64,000 nucleotides of DNA from Eukaryota sp. TZLM1-RC (lineage: Eukaryota; Protista; Metamonada: BaSk clade): NCBI GenBank assembly GCA_040285825.1, contig JAUPSS010000007.1, positions 334,501 through 398,500 on the forward strand, written 5' to 3'. The notes beneath the pieces were generated by a model that did not search any database, was not told the DNA's origin, and saw nothing but the letters and a program-made list of their open reading frames with translations. Position numbers and translations under genes: made by a program. Of the stretch, positions 13,254 to 25,950 are shown one piece after another (position 1 is the stretch's first letter; every line of letters begins with the position of its first letter).

Positions 13254-13555
13254 AAATTCATTTTTATTGTGTTTTCTTCAAAGATTCATAAAATGTTCAT
13301 TAATCCATAATGTTGAACAATTAACTAAAAAACAATTTATATACACTTCTTGATGGACTACTTGGACAAATTGACCCTTCTTAACCAAAAAAAAGAGGAG
13401 GAGTCTATCTGACCAAGTAATCCATTTTCAACCAAATGGTAGGAATGTTCTTCATTGGAGGAAGTTTCCTTGCTACATTTATCATTATTGGTTGAACAAG
13501 AACTCACCTGTGAAGTTAGAATCTCAGGAGCTGGAAATGAGCTCCCAGTAGGGCT

Positions 13556-14678
13556 TTCATTGTAATAATGCTAAAATAAACTCAAAAGACAAAAAACTAG
13601 TAACCTTCCTAAACCCTAAACTGCCTTCTTGCTTGTTCGGCGTTCAGAACGTTGTTACAGCCCACACTACAACGTACACTTCCTTTGCCAATTATACAAC
13701 TTCTAGTTGTTTGTAGAAAAGAATAATTATATTTCTTCAATAATTCCTCTCTTTTATCCAACACTCCTCCATGGATTCAAAAAACCAGCGGAATGATTTC
13801 AGATGAACCAAACTCATTTCTTTTAAAACCTGATTCTTGTTTAATTTTTTATTGTGAGCAAAATTGAATGCCTCTTTTGGGTCATGGCCGTTGCCTCCAA
13901 CAACAGTCACATCAAATAAATCTAAAAATAATGATTCAAACCAACGCTAAATTCTTTTTCTTTAATTCAATTTGAGTTTTCTTCACATAAATCATTAATT
14001 TCGTCATGGCGTAATGTAATCAATCGCGATATTTTTTTACATTGAAACATATGATCTCTGCCTACATCATTGTAAAAACAGAGAAAACATGAACCTATAT
14101 CTGGATTGAGACACAGTCTTTCTTCAAAGAGACTTCGATAACAATCATTTGAAAAAGTAAATTCCTTTAATGTTGGCAAAACCAAAAGAAATGAAGAAGA
14201 ACACTTCAACTTGAACGATTCAATTAAAAATTTTTCACGAGCATCTAATTTTCGAATATAATGAATTGACAGTGGATTTAATAAATTCACAAGAAGTTTT
14301 TTCCTGATTTGGACGAGCAGACCAAATGTCATCACTACCAATAAAAGCAGATTTTAGAGTTGTAATAATGAGGTCATTTTCATGTCTATTCAAAAGGTGT
14401 TTCAAATTCAATTCAATAATAGCATAGAAGAATGAAACTGAATATGCTATATGACAAATTTTACTTAAATCTGTCAAACCTAAGCCACCTAATTTGACAG
14501 GAAGGGAAATTAATTCTGGATACTTAATATTATTTAAGTGATAAATTAAAAATTTTTGGTATTCATTGGACCATCGTGAAAGACCAAGAATAGTATTATC
14601 ATTGGAAATAGTTCTGCAGAAGTGCATTTGTTTGGAATTAATGCAGAACCTGAATAGAATAAATTGATTTTGCATATT
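13556..14678 (-). mobile_element. 5'-truncated CRE-clade non-LTR insertion with 15-bp TSD
   Basis: TSD GCTCCCAGTAGGGCT at 13541-13555 and 14679-14693; LPVKLGGLGL, C..C..H..C, RHD and FDV motifs. Confidence 0.92.
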
Positions 14679-14734
14679 GCTCCCAGTAGGGCTCAGTGCA
14701 AGCTTGCTCCTGGATGGTTTCACTCAGTAGCGAA

Positions 14735-17079
14735 TAGGCCCCAGCATTTGACTAACACGCTCAGACTCGACTCAACATTTTCGAGTCGTACTCAAGCTCG
14801 ACTCGGATAGACTGAGTTCAACTCGACTCCGACTCCATTCTGGTGAGTCACACTCAAACTCGACTCGAGCTTGAGTCGACTAATGAGTCTGAGTGAATTT
14901 TTTTCGTTTAGAGCACCTTGGATGAAATATAAACAACAAGGTCTATGTTTTAGGATAAACTTATTGTGATGTTGCAATTGTATATGAACAAAACACTCAT
15001 CTTTATTATTAAATCAAATCAAATCCATTGTCAAGCCATGACCGTAAGCACAAAACCGCACGAACGGAATCATCAGCCAAACAGCATCTTTTCTCGGAAA
15101 CCATATCCCCTGCTAGAGAAAAAAGCCGTTCACAGGGTACAGAAGTTGGCTGGATAGCCAAGAAATCAGCTGCTATTTGAGAAAGTACAGGAAATCGACG
15201 TTTGTTGTCATTCCACCATTGTAGTGGATTCACCGAAAGGTCAACCGGAGCTTCGGATAGAAAAGTGGAAAGTTCATCACCTTCTGCATGTGATCTTCTG
15301 AGAAAGGATTCCAAGAAGGTAAGCTGTCTATTTGCCACTGATGGGACTATTGACTCATAGTTTACATTGATAAGATCTTGCAATTTTCTAGAGAAATCGT
15401 CAGGAAATCGTAAATGAAGCCCTTCAAAACGACGTACACGGGGATCAAGAATTGACGAAACAAAGGCAGGGAAGTCGTAAAGTTCTTCTAAATACTGTTC
15501 CAGCTTTCCTAGCATCAAAGAAGCTGCTTCTTGGATAATCTGCGCTTCGTTTTGATAAGAATAGAGATGCGCATACAGACCGTCTATTAGCATAAGCACT
15601 AAACCACAGGTAGGATGCAATGCAGCTGAAAGGTAAACTGTACATTCGTAAAAAGGTGCAAGAAGATTAAGAATAGCTTCAATCTTCAGTTCTTCTTCTT
15701 CGGTGACTATGAGAGCCGTCATTCCCTCTTCAACCAATAGTTTGGTAACAGCCGATTTAATCTTCATGTAAGTATTCACCATCAAGTAGGTGCTGTTCCA
15801 CCTAATTGCCGTATCAAGAGGGATTGTCTTCTTTTGAAGACCTTGTTCTTGTAGTTCTTCCCACAGTAACTGGTAGAGCTTGCTAGAAACATGGCATTGT
15901 CTAACAAAGTTGTGAATCTTCGACAAAAGACCATCAACCACCACAAGACCCTTTTTTACAACCAAATTCAAAATATGGGCCATACATTTCTTGTGAAACA
16001 GCTTTGGTTGCTTTTCTGTGAAAAGTTTCAAAGCCTTTCTGACATTGGCAGCATTGTCAGATGTAATGGCGAGCAATTCAGCATTATCAGAGTTCTCAGA
16101 ACTTTCATCAAAAGTAATGGATATTATGTTTTCACTGTTGATATCCCTTAAAGCATCTTGTACAAAAGCAAGAATTATTTCGGCTGAATGTGGGTGCGGA
16201 ATTCTAACAACGTCCAGTGTTAGAGATGACAAGTTGAAATCATCACTAACAAAATGGGCAGTTATACCAAGATAAGGGCGCTTAGCTCTTGAAGTCCATA
16301 AATCTAGCGTCAAAGAATAGGAATGTCTATTTTGACCTAACCTCTGCAGCATTGATGGACGCATTTCGGAAAAAGCATTGCGAATGGAACGAGAAATGGA
16401 CCATGAAGACATTATCACCGTAATCTCATTATAGAAAATCATTAAGTTACGAAAATGTGGGTTGTCAACGAGTACGGTGCGCCAGACTGAATGAACATCT
16501 TGAGCAAAAGCTTGCGGCCAGTTTCAACTTCTGCGGAAGACAAGACTGTTGCGGGAAGTGGAGTGAACGATGAAAGTTTTAAAGTGGGTTGCTGCTGCCT
16601 TATGGAACTAGTCCAGTTGGGATGTTCCTTTTCAAGGTGTCGTTTCAGTACTGTTTGAGAAGTCGAAACTGAAAAACTGGTTGACATTCCAGGGCACAGA
16701 AGACAGTGACGCTTACCATTTTGTTCGGAAAAAAGACAATAGCCATTCCATCGTTGATATCCAGAAAGAGGGGAGAGGACAACAGGAAGTTCGGAGTCAC
16801 TTACGTTATTAACTTCCTCGCGAATCCTCTTGGTAGGAGGAGTTTGGTTTACTGTCATTTAAGAAAGAATTATAGAAAAAGGATGTAATTATAAACAATA
16901 AGTGAGTGTGTGAAACTCGTAACAGACTCAATATTCTATGTTTATTAGTTCGACTACACTCAGACTCCAACAAGTTGAGTTCGACTAGACTCGCACTCAC
17001 ATAGATAGGAGTTTGACTCAGACTAAACTCAAGTTTAGTCGGCTGAGCGCGGACTCGCCGAGTCTGATGCTGGGGCCTA
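14735..17079 (-). mobile_element. Full-length hAT DNA transposon (2345 bp)
   Basis: TIR TAGGCCCCAGCAT at both ends; perfect 8-bp TSD GTAGCGAA (14727-14734, 17080-17087); GACTC-rich subterminal repeats. Confidence 0.97.
15009..16858 (-). CDS. hAT transposase (BED finger + DDE + dimerisation domain) split by one frameshift near 16465
   Basis: CLLC..HLEKEH; DLWTS, TSDNAAN, CMAHILNL, RWNST, PTSVPCERLFS; frames join as GAPYS/VDNPHFRNLM. Confidence 0.9.
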
Positions 17080-18189
17080 GTAGCGAATCCCTATAATTCT
17101 GAATCATCTTTGGTCCAGGCAGTGCGTCTGACATGTAGTGAGAATAATGAGCCTATTTCTCAAATTTTACACTCGCCACCCCATTCTCTACTTCTTCTCA
17201 TTCTTTCGGGCATTGTCACGAGTCCTTTTGTTTGATGGACAAATGCTTAAAAGTAAGTTTCAGGAATTTTCATTATGTGCAGATGTGAAGACAATTCAGA
17301 ATTTGGAAGAGGTGATGCTATATACGCAAGACCCTCAATTGTGAAATTCTTAAACATTGAAAAGAGAGAAGGAAAGAGGGGCAGTGAATTTGTTGATAGA
17401 AATTAGTTCGTTGTATGTGACAGTGACGTGTTTTCTGCAATCCTGTTTCAAAGAGGCTTTAAATGAGTTAAAAACAGCATCTGGTTATACATATGCTCAG
17501 CATTAAGCTGTTGGATCATTGTAGTTTCATTGCCACTTCAGAAAGTAAAACGATTTGTATCTGCTTGCTGCTTCAATGCCTGGCTCCAAAATGCCAAGTC
17601 ATAGTGCTGATGACAATGAATTCGGAACCAGTAAAATTGTATGCTACTGCAGTCATGAAGTAGAATCAACCGTGAAGCATTACAATACCAACATAATTAT
17701 TCAAGGGTTATATCAGCAATAAAGAATAATTACATTCGAAAGTGTGCAGTGTTATGGCCGGAACTCTATGGTTGTCCACCGTGTTTGTGTAGGCAATAGG
17801 ATGGAACAATGAACAATGATGTTTATTTAACATTGACGATGAATATTTTTGAGAAAAAGTCCCATGATGCACATAGTTGTAATCTCTTCTGAATGGGCAT
17901 TCAGACATTTTCGGTGTATCCCAATCGTAGGACCTTCATGATATTACATTGTATAGTGCTACTGTAACTCTCCAGAAGCACTCAGATAAGAAGTGTGTAA
18001 GTTCTTCACCATTTTTTGTTCGGTACTTATTAATACTCGCTTGCCCGGGGCTTGTAATTCAAGGGGCATGTGGTTTACTATTAAATCTTTCATTTGTTTT
18101 AAATAATCATCATGCTCGTTGGTCCATTTAATTATTCTAGGTTTCCCTTAATTATCTCATTAATTGGAGCTATCAATTCAGAAATACCT

Positions 18190-19843
18190 GGAAGCCAATC
18201 TCTAATGTAATTGATGGATCCTACCAATGAGCGAACTTCTTTCACTGATTTTGGTCTAGGGATTCTCATCAAGGCGGTGAGTGTGTTTGGATGTTACGAA
18301 TTTATATTTACGTAAGCCTATATTTACACGTCTATTTTTGGCGCATTGGAGGACTCAATCGTATCATCTCTATTAATTGACATGTTGCATTTGTTAGCCA
18401 AATCTTCTGTTTTAACCGAACAAAACGCTGCCGAATCAATAGTTGCAATCATTTTTATATTACTTACTAAAATCTCTGATCTTAGAAATGGAGAACGCTG
18501 GGATCTGTTGTGGTTCTCACTAACCGTAGAACTTATACCAAAAATACTGATGATATCAGAGCTGGGTTCGTGGAATTTTGAGGATTAAGTAAGAATTGTT
18601 GAGCTGTTGGTGAGTTGTTGACTGGGTTTCCGAAATCGACAATTGATTGATTGTGATTGATTACGTTGATTAGTTTCCGATTGGGAAAGTTACCTGTGTT
18701 TCTGACACTGTTGCTGAAACGGTCGATCCGTCAGTGAGAGGTCATACTCGAACTAGCTGACACGCTCTCAGGAGGGGATGATGTTGATGATGTTTCCTCT
18801 TGTGTATTAATGTAATAAATAGGTCTATACTGACCTCTACCTTTATATCCTCTAACGTGGCCACCTCGGCCAAAATTCCTCTACCAAATTTTTGGTAGAG
18901 GCTACCTCTAAACCTAGAAACACGTCTACCACGGCCACCTCGGCCTCTAACTACACTGCCACTTCTCGCAGGCTGATCAGCCTCGCCGATCTTAGATCTT
19001 AATTCTTTAGGTACCTTACTCCTGGTACAACGGGGGTCTTTACATTCAAAAACCGTGTGACCAATAGGGTTATTTCCTTCGGTGACGTTGCAGAATTTAC
19101 AAAACTTAGATCCATCCCGTTCATGTCTTTCTGGGACATATTTGGTTTGGGGAGTTCCTTTGGTTCCGCCTCCCGAGCGACGTTTAGCACCTGGACCAGA
19201 TGGAATTACTCCTCCAGAGTAATTGTTTCCAAAGAGGAGGTAGCTGCTCGAACAAACAGTAATCTGTAGGTTCAAGGTGAGCTTCCGGGTCCTTCATTAT
19301 TTGTTGGCGAAGTTCTTTCTCTTCGTCGTCTAATTCATCTAAAACGGATTGAAGTTCTTCGTAATCCTTCAGAACAGACGAAGTTTCTGAACTTGACCCA
19401 ACATTTGTGTCTTTAGGTGAGGAGGGGGTGGTCCCGTTCCTGAAACCTTTTCTGGCTTGTTGGACTTGGAAGAGGCGGGAGGTGGTTCCGTGCCTGAATC
19501 CATGGGTTTTCCTTGGGGGGAGGGTGGTCTCGAGCCCGAATCCTCGTCACTCTTTGCTACTTCTCCTGTTGATGTATATATGTTGTAAGCATCCCTGTCG
19601 TGTTTCTGCATCATATTTCTAAAGAAGTCAGTGCTCTGGCTGGGAGGAACTGACATGATATCTGCTACAGATATCCTCTGTACAAAAGCTGTGTGTTGTT
19701 AAATATGGTTCAATTGTTAAATTGTTAAAAATACCTAAACGTAATGTGGCCAATAATTATTGATGCCGTAGGTTGGAAAAGTGAGGTTAAGATAAAGCTG
19801 ATTTATTTTCTATTCATATTATAGAAGCCTAAGGGCGCCAACA
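18190..19843 (-). mobile_element. Ty3/gypsy remnant: short LTR, gag with Zn knuckle, protease and RT pieces
   Basis: CKFC..GHTVFEC; ATIDSAA protease motif near 18440; EVRSLVGSINYIRDWLP near 18200. Confidence 0.85.
19764..19843 (-). repeat. ~80-bp 5' LTR
   Basis: TG...CA termini, same length and start as 6991-7069, upstream of the gag ATG at 19656. Confidence 0.55.
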
Positions 19844-19923
19844 GAATTAACATTTATAAATCAGTAAACTATGTTTCCTGATGAAGTAAACACAAAGCTC
19901 ATAAAGTTCAAATAAAGCTCCAT

Positions 19924-20044
19924 TGTTGGCGTTTGGATCCATTTGATAACTAGGTGGAGTTCTAGTTAGAGTCATACGTAGGTTTGATTACAAGGAGAGA
20001 GAAAAGAACAAGAATGGAATCTCAATTTCCGTCATTCTTCAACA
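19924..20044. repeat. Candidate LTR-like segment
   Basis: TGTTG...CAACA termini among LTR-element debris; single copy, no TSD. Confidence 0.3.
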
Positions 20045-21673
20045 CTGCCTTTTCTTTCTTTGAGATTCTATTCTTGAACATGAATCTACGTGATAATCAA
20101 ACAAATAAACTAATAATAGGTAGGTCTTCTACCTCTTCTACCTCTACGGCTACCTCTACCTCTAACGGGGCTTCTGCGTCTCTTCATATACTCGGCATAA
20201 GCGGCGGTGTTTCTAATAAACTCGAGGGGCTTCTATTAACGCTGCTGCTATTGATCAATACCGAAATTTTTGTTGTCAGTTCGTCTCAAACAGGTCCGGT
20301 GTTTCTCTATAGTTGTTAGTCTTTACACTATTCTAGAGTGTAGTAAGACTTATCTATTTATTCTTGTATATTAGCTTAATGTTTATTGTTCTGTCATGGA
20401 GACTTCACCAGTGATGGAATTGAAATTCACTATAGCTCATTTCCTGTCGTAATAAATTACTCTCTCTATACATATGTCTAACCCTAGCCCACAGGCATCA
20501 ATGATCCATTGACTCATCCATGGAACAAGTAGACAGGACGCGTCAGACTAAAGCATCAGACTGCGGAAAAACAGTCTATGGTGCTAGTCTCCCTCCTCAA
20601 AATGCCACTACTACCACTAACGCTGTTCTTGCGGCTATGTCCAAAGCGTCTTGTAGCTTATATGACGACCGAGCCAAAAAACTTCAGTCAGATCGTAATC
20701 GCCCTCGTCTCAAGAAGGACATGATTACCAGTACTGGCAAGGTCATCGCATTCGTTAATGACTTCATCTCTTCGGTGTACAACGACAGAATCTCTCAAGA
20801 TTTTAAATGTGACTCCTACAACCCTCGTGATGTCGCTTTAACTAATGAAATTGCACGTCTCACACAACTTACAGAAGCTCACAGTGCCTGTACTCTCCGT
20901 GCTACTCATCATCCCAACTACGTTCCGTTAAATCAACGCTACGATGAGCCAGCTCATGAGTGGGACATTTTCAGAACTGGCGCTAAAATCAATCCAGCTG
21001 GCATCAGTTCTTGCGTAGACACTGATGTCATTTCTACCCTTGCTATGGCTGCAGGTGGAACAAGGCCCGGTCTCCAACTCCATCTAATCAACCATGAAGA
21101 ACTGTGGGATAACATCCTCTTCGCTTCCCAGTTTCCAAATCTGGCCACTTAAGTTATCCCAAGTCAAAATGGATTGGAATATCTCCAATTACCAAAGTAG
21201 ATGGATCAAATATATATCGCAGGTCGGCTTTGGCGTCAATCAATCAATGGGGATGAGAGATACATAAAGAAACGCTCTGCCAAAGACGAAAAGCCTGCTG
21301 CGTCCTCTTCTGACATCTGTGGATTTTGCAAAGAGCCAGGACATTCGGTTAAGAAATGCCTACATCCGCATTGCAAAAGATCTGCAATTCCATAGAATAA
21401 GCGTCGTAGTTTAGATAGTTATAGCAGCAGTGATAATAAACGTTCTCGTAGTTACAGGATCAATACAATTAACATCAAGAATCCACAGTCTACCAACGTC
21501 AATCCATCTTCAGATCATACTACTGACTCTCTCAAACAATCGTTTACGACATCATCACATTCTCCTCCCAAACGCCTCTTAAATACTTTGAGCACATGCG
21601 ACTCTGAATCTTCGAGTATCAATAGAATTTTTAGTTTGTCTTCTGTTTGTGTCAATAAATCTATTAATTGTCC

Positions 21674-21950
21674 CAAGTTTATAGAACTCTCGTTGCAGAT
21701 TAATAACATAGAGGTATCTGGTCTTATTGATAGTGGAGCATCCATATCTGTCATCTCAAGAGACCTATCCACAAAATGCAAGATGGAACACTGCTCTGAA
21801 TCTGTCAAATTCAAGTTTATAGAACTCTCGTTGCAGATTAATAACATAGAGGTATCTGGTCTTATTGATAGTGAAGCATCCATATCTGTCATCTCAAGAG
21901 ACCTATCCACAAAATGCAAGATGGAACACTGCTCTGAATCTGTCAAATTC
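21674..21950 (+). repeat. In-frame 138-bp tandem duplication of the aspartic protease active-site region
   Basis: 46-aa unit repeated; DSG in copy 1, DSE in copy 2. Confidence 0.95.
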
Positions 21951-23437
21951 ATTGGTGTTAACGGAGAACCATCAAACTCTGACGGCAATGCCAAAGGAAT
22001 CTATCCTTCAATGTCGGTAGCATTGCCAAAGTTGTGCATCTTACCAAATCGTTACCAATCGTTCCAGGCAACAACATTTTAATTATAGGAATGACATTCT
22101 ATATGAACTCGGCCTCATGAACAACGACAGGGTATACATTCATCTCGATGAGCTTCACAGAACACTAATGTTTCATCTGAGTTTGACCACATAATTTCAC
22201 AGATATCTGATTTTAAGGTGTCAAAGACATTCGCAGATCACGTTAACTCGTCAGGTTGTCAAACAAAGCTCAACATTCAATCAGAAAATCAACAGCTCCT
22301 CGCAACTCTCGAAGAGTTCAAAGATGTTTTCACGTTAAAACCCCATGAAGACGGCATCGACTGTAACCCCATGGACATCGATTTCTACGATGAAGACACT
22401 GTTGTTTATCGTCCACCTCGCAGGTTAAACCCTGAACGACTCAAAATCGCCAACCAAATCTTCGATGAGTTTATCGAATCTGGTTTCGCCACAGAATCCA
22501 ACGGTAGATTCAGCTCCCCAGTCGTCCTTGTAGTTTATCCTGATCATCGGAAACCACGTCTTACAGGCGACTTCAGTGGTCCGAATGGACTCAATACGAA
22601 CACTATCCCTATCGCTCCAAACCTTCCAAAGATCTCTCATGTATTAGAGTTCTTATCTCAAGCCAATTACATTGGAACACTTGATCTCCCAAAAGCATTT
22701 TGGCAACTCAAGATCAACGAAAGAGACATCGAGAAAACCACCCTCAGCATTCCTGGTCGCAGTAATAGCTTCAACAGGGCATGTTTCGGTCTCAAGAACG
22801 TCCATGCAGTGTTTCACAACGTAATGTCCAACATCATTAGCTCCGAAGGCGTGTTTATCTACATCGACGATATCATTGTCATAGGTAATACCCTTACTCA
22901 ATTCATCGACAGGCTCAAAGCCGTCCTCTTCCGCGCTAAAGAAAAACGGGTCAGCCTTGGCCTACCTAAATGCCATTTCAAGTCTAAAGATCATGAAATC
23001 AAGATTCTCGGTAGTATCTTCGTCAATAGTACACGTCAAATCGATTCCTCACGACTAACTGGATTGGTCGAGCTTCCAGCTCCCAAGACAGTGAAAGACG
23101 TCAGAAGTTTTGTAGGATCCATCAACTACATCAGAGACTGGCTGCCTTCGGTATCCGAAATCATACCTCCTATCATCGAGCTCACTAGAGGAAACCCCCG
23201 CCGTATCGAGTGGTCCTCAGATCATGAACTCCGTTTCAACAAGATCAAGCAACTCGCTATTGAGTTTACCCCCAGAAGATAACCGTGTCCTTATTAGTTG
23301 TGACACATCAGACATTGCTATTGGCGGCGTCATTTGGGAAGAATATGATCCTTGTGAACACAATGGCACTCCTCCCATTGGCTGCAAGGTCAGACCTATC
23401 AGTTTCTTCAGCAGGATTCTCTCCAATTCCCAAAGTA

Positions 23438-23640
23438 TCTCACAAATCCCCTATCTTCATTATGCCAAATGGTTTACGAAACTGTTGAAACAAAAAATGA
23501 GAAGAAGCAGTGTTGTTGGTACTGATGAACTATGCTGGTAGACAGACAAGGATTTCACGTGATGACGTGGCTCTTGTTCAAGAACAGGGATTATTATTAA
23601 TAAACCCTCTTTTATTCTTTGGTATTTCTGCCTAACTTCA
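23438..23640 (+). repeat. LTR family 2 copy (~200 bp)
   Basis: Shares GAAACTGTTGAAA, GGATTTCAC.TGATGACGTGG and CTTTGGTATTTCTGCCT with 25411-25619. Confidence 0.75.
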
Positions 23641-24086
23641 TCAATAGTATCTACAAAGCACGTAAGAACGTAATGTAGGTCAAAAGAATTAATCTTGTCA
23701 GTCAACAGCTTTGAGCGAGGTCATTTTGTAAGGAACAAGAAATAAGAAACCAGTTTTGTAAGACCTGTGCAAAAAAGAGACCTATTCAGTAAATTGCTCG
23801 ATTCCCAATGAACAACAAATATTACCGGACGACGATAATATACAGACTGTGTAATAGTCTAGAACAGTAAATTATAATTGAACCGACATAAGAAGATTAT
23901 TATTCCACCAGTGACGATGCTGAGATCTTGAATCATGTTCATGGCTCTGCTAAAGCTGGGTGCCCTGTCCTACATAATGTTTAAAAATCACTGAAAAACT
24001 CAGGTGTTTACTGACCAGCCACGATGAAAAATCTAGAATATATTCGATGTTGCGTCACAAACCTGAAGAACACTATTTTCCGAATA

Positions 24087-24620
24087 CTCCTGTGGTTTGT
24101 GAATTTAGTAAATATCGTCCATTTGGATTTCCCACACAATAAATTCTCACACAAATTGTACTTTCTCCAATGGGGTTCAAACTCGATATGCTTCTTAACC
24201 CTGATTTCGATGTCACAACTCTAAAAACACTTGCAACAGAAGATACTCAAGTACGAGCTATCTACACGCACTTATGGCTGGAGAAAAGTCAAGCTGAAGT
24301 AGCTGAATTCTTCCTTGTTTCTCAGTCAACAATATCTAGATGGCTGGTAAAGGCTTTTACTCCAAAGCCTGAAACACAAACATCTCCTTCCCGATGTTTC
24401 ACTGCTGAAGACATCAGATTCCTTACAGATCTTGTGAATGAACAGCCCTTACTATACTTGAAAAAAATTGCTGACATTCTTGAGCAGGCTCGAAACATAA
24501 AAGTCTCGATATTCACTATTCATAGAGCTCTTGTGAATCAAGGCTATACTTACAAAAAATTCCAAAAAGTTGTCAGAAGAGCAAAACGTGAGCCAATTGT
24601 CAATTTTGTGGTCCGATAAA
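24087..24620 (+). mobile_element. Tc1/IS630-like element left end with transposase N-terminus
   Basis: TA|CTCC start; VSQSTISRW, PLLYL, VSIFTIHRAL and GYTYKK HTH motifs. Confidence 0.8.
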
Positions 24621-24639
24621 ATTCATTCATTCGTTCATA

Positions 24640-25410
24640 TATTTCCTAAGTTAAGTTATCTCAGGATTTCACATGATGACGTGGCACTCGTTGAACAACA
24701 GGTTTTTTTATTGATAAGTCTCTTTTTCTCTCCTTACTTCTTTGGTATTTCTGCCTAACGACATCAATAATTATTGGCCCTCACTGCAGATGCTTTTATA
24801 CCCGCGTAGTACTCCCCTCTCTTGATTCCATGAAAGTGGATGATGTGCTCTTGTTCTTACAGGAGTGGAAGGTGTACTCTTCTGTTACGCCGAAAAAGGA
24901 CATTGTTTTCCTCGTACGAGGAATTCAACTTGGCGATGGCAGAGTTGAAAGTTGATGTCCGTAAGGGCGACGTTCGTGAACGTGTGTCCTGCTACCTGAG
25001 ACGTTTTCTTCAGGCAAAAAGCAGGGCTTCCGGACAGAAATTGCCTGACTCAGCCTTTATGCTCCGATTCGCCAAGGGGATTCTTCCAATAGGATTACAG
25101 AAATCGTTGATTTCTCGCATTAGGGACGAGGTATTCCCCGACTTTCCTACCTTGGTAAGTACTGCAGAAGATGAACTCCTTGATTGCTCTCGAGTAATCT
25201 CTTGGAACAGACCTCCAAAGACTTTTCATGAAACTACTGACTCTCTGTGCTAAGCTGGAATGAAATCTCGGTCATCCAATAGATCCCGTAATCTGGCTGA
25301 AGGAACCTGCTTCAAGTGCCATCAGAAGGGCCATTTGTCTCGTGACTGTCCCTCTAAAGTAAAACACGAAGTGAAACATCTCCGTGTCTGCAACGACCCA
25401 CCCCAGAATT
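24640..25410 (+). mobile_element. Partial LTR family 2 copy (to 24763) followed by a gag fragment
   Basis: LTR 3' half ending CGACA; gag with CFKCHQKGHLSRDC knuckle. Confidence 0.8.
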
Positions 25411-25619
25411 TGTCGAATCCCCTCTCCTCATTGTGTTAAGTTTTTTTTGAAACTGTTGAAAGGAAAATGGGAAGAAGTAGTGTTATAGTTACTGATAAAT
25501 AAGGTTAGTAGTTATCTCAGGATTTCACTTGATGACGTGGCGCTCGTTGAAGAATGGGTTTCTTTATTAATAAGTCCCTTTTTCTCTCCTTACTTCTTTG
25601 GTATTTCTGCCTGACGGCA
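25411..25619 (+). repeat. LTR family 2 copy
   Basis: TGTCG...CGGCA termini; homology to 23438-23640 and 24640-24763. Confidence 0.75.
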
Positions 25620-25624
25620 TCATC

Positions 25625-25950
25625 AGGAGAAATTCTCACAGAAAAGGCATACTTCTTCCGTTTCTTGGGATTGTTATGGACAGTATTAATCCAAGCCATG
25701 ATGGTGTTGGTATTGACAGACTTATGGCCGCCTCCATACGAGAACACGAACTTAAGAGTAGATCCTGGCATTACTTGTTTACCTTCCGTTACAAGAACTG
25801 ATTTGAAATGTTTTAAGAAGAACTCTTCTACAATTGTGGTATCCCAAGTTTCTGCAATAAAACAATGTAACTTCCTTAATTGATAGAGCATTTCCCCTAC
25901 TTGAAAGGTAGTAGTTGACACTGGCTGGAATACTGAGACTGTTATTGAAT
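25625..25950 (-). mobile_element. Possible DDE transposase fragment
   Basis: Weak similarity (KFVFSYGGGH...RISP) to IS630/Tc1 catalytic region. Confidence 0.3.

Noticed and set aside
13608-13620. Telomeric (TTTAGGG)n
   Set aside because: Fewer than two units, and within the end of the CRE coding region
14760-14900. CRISPR-like or satellite array of GACTC/GAGTC motifs (also 16920-17065)
   Set aside because: Irregular and mirrored at both ends inside hAT TIRs, so these are subterminal transposase-binding repeats
24640-25619. Compact LTR-gag-LTR (TRIM-like) element
   Set aside because: The two LTRs differ noticeably and there is no polypurine tract before the second; nested or recombined debris is simpler
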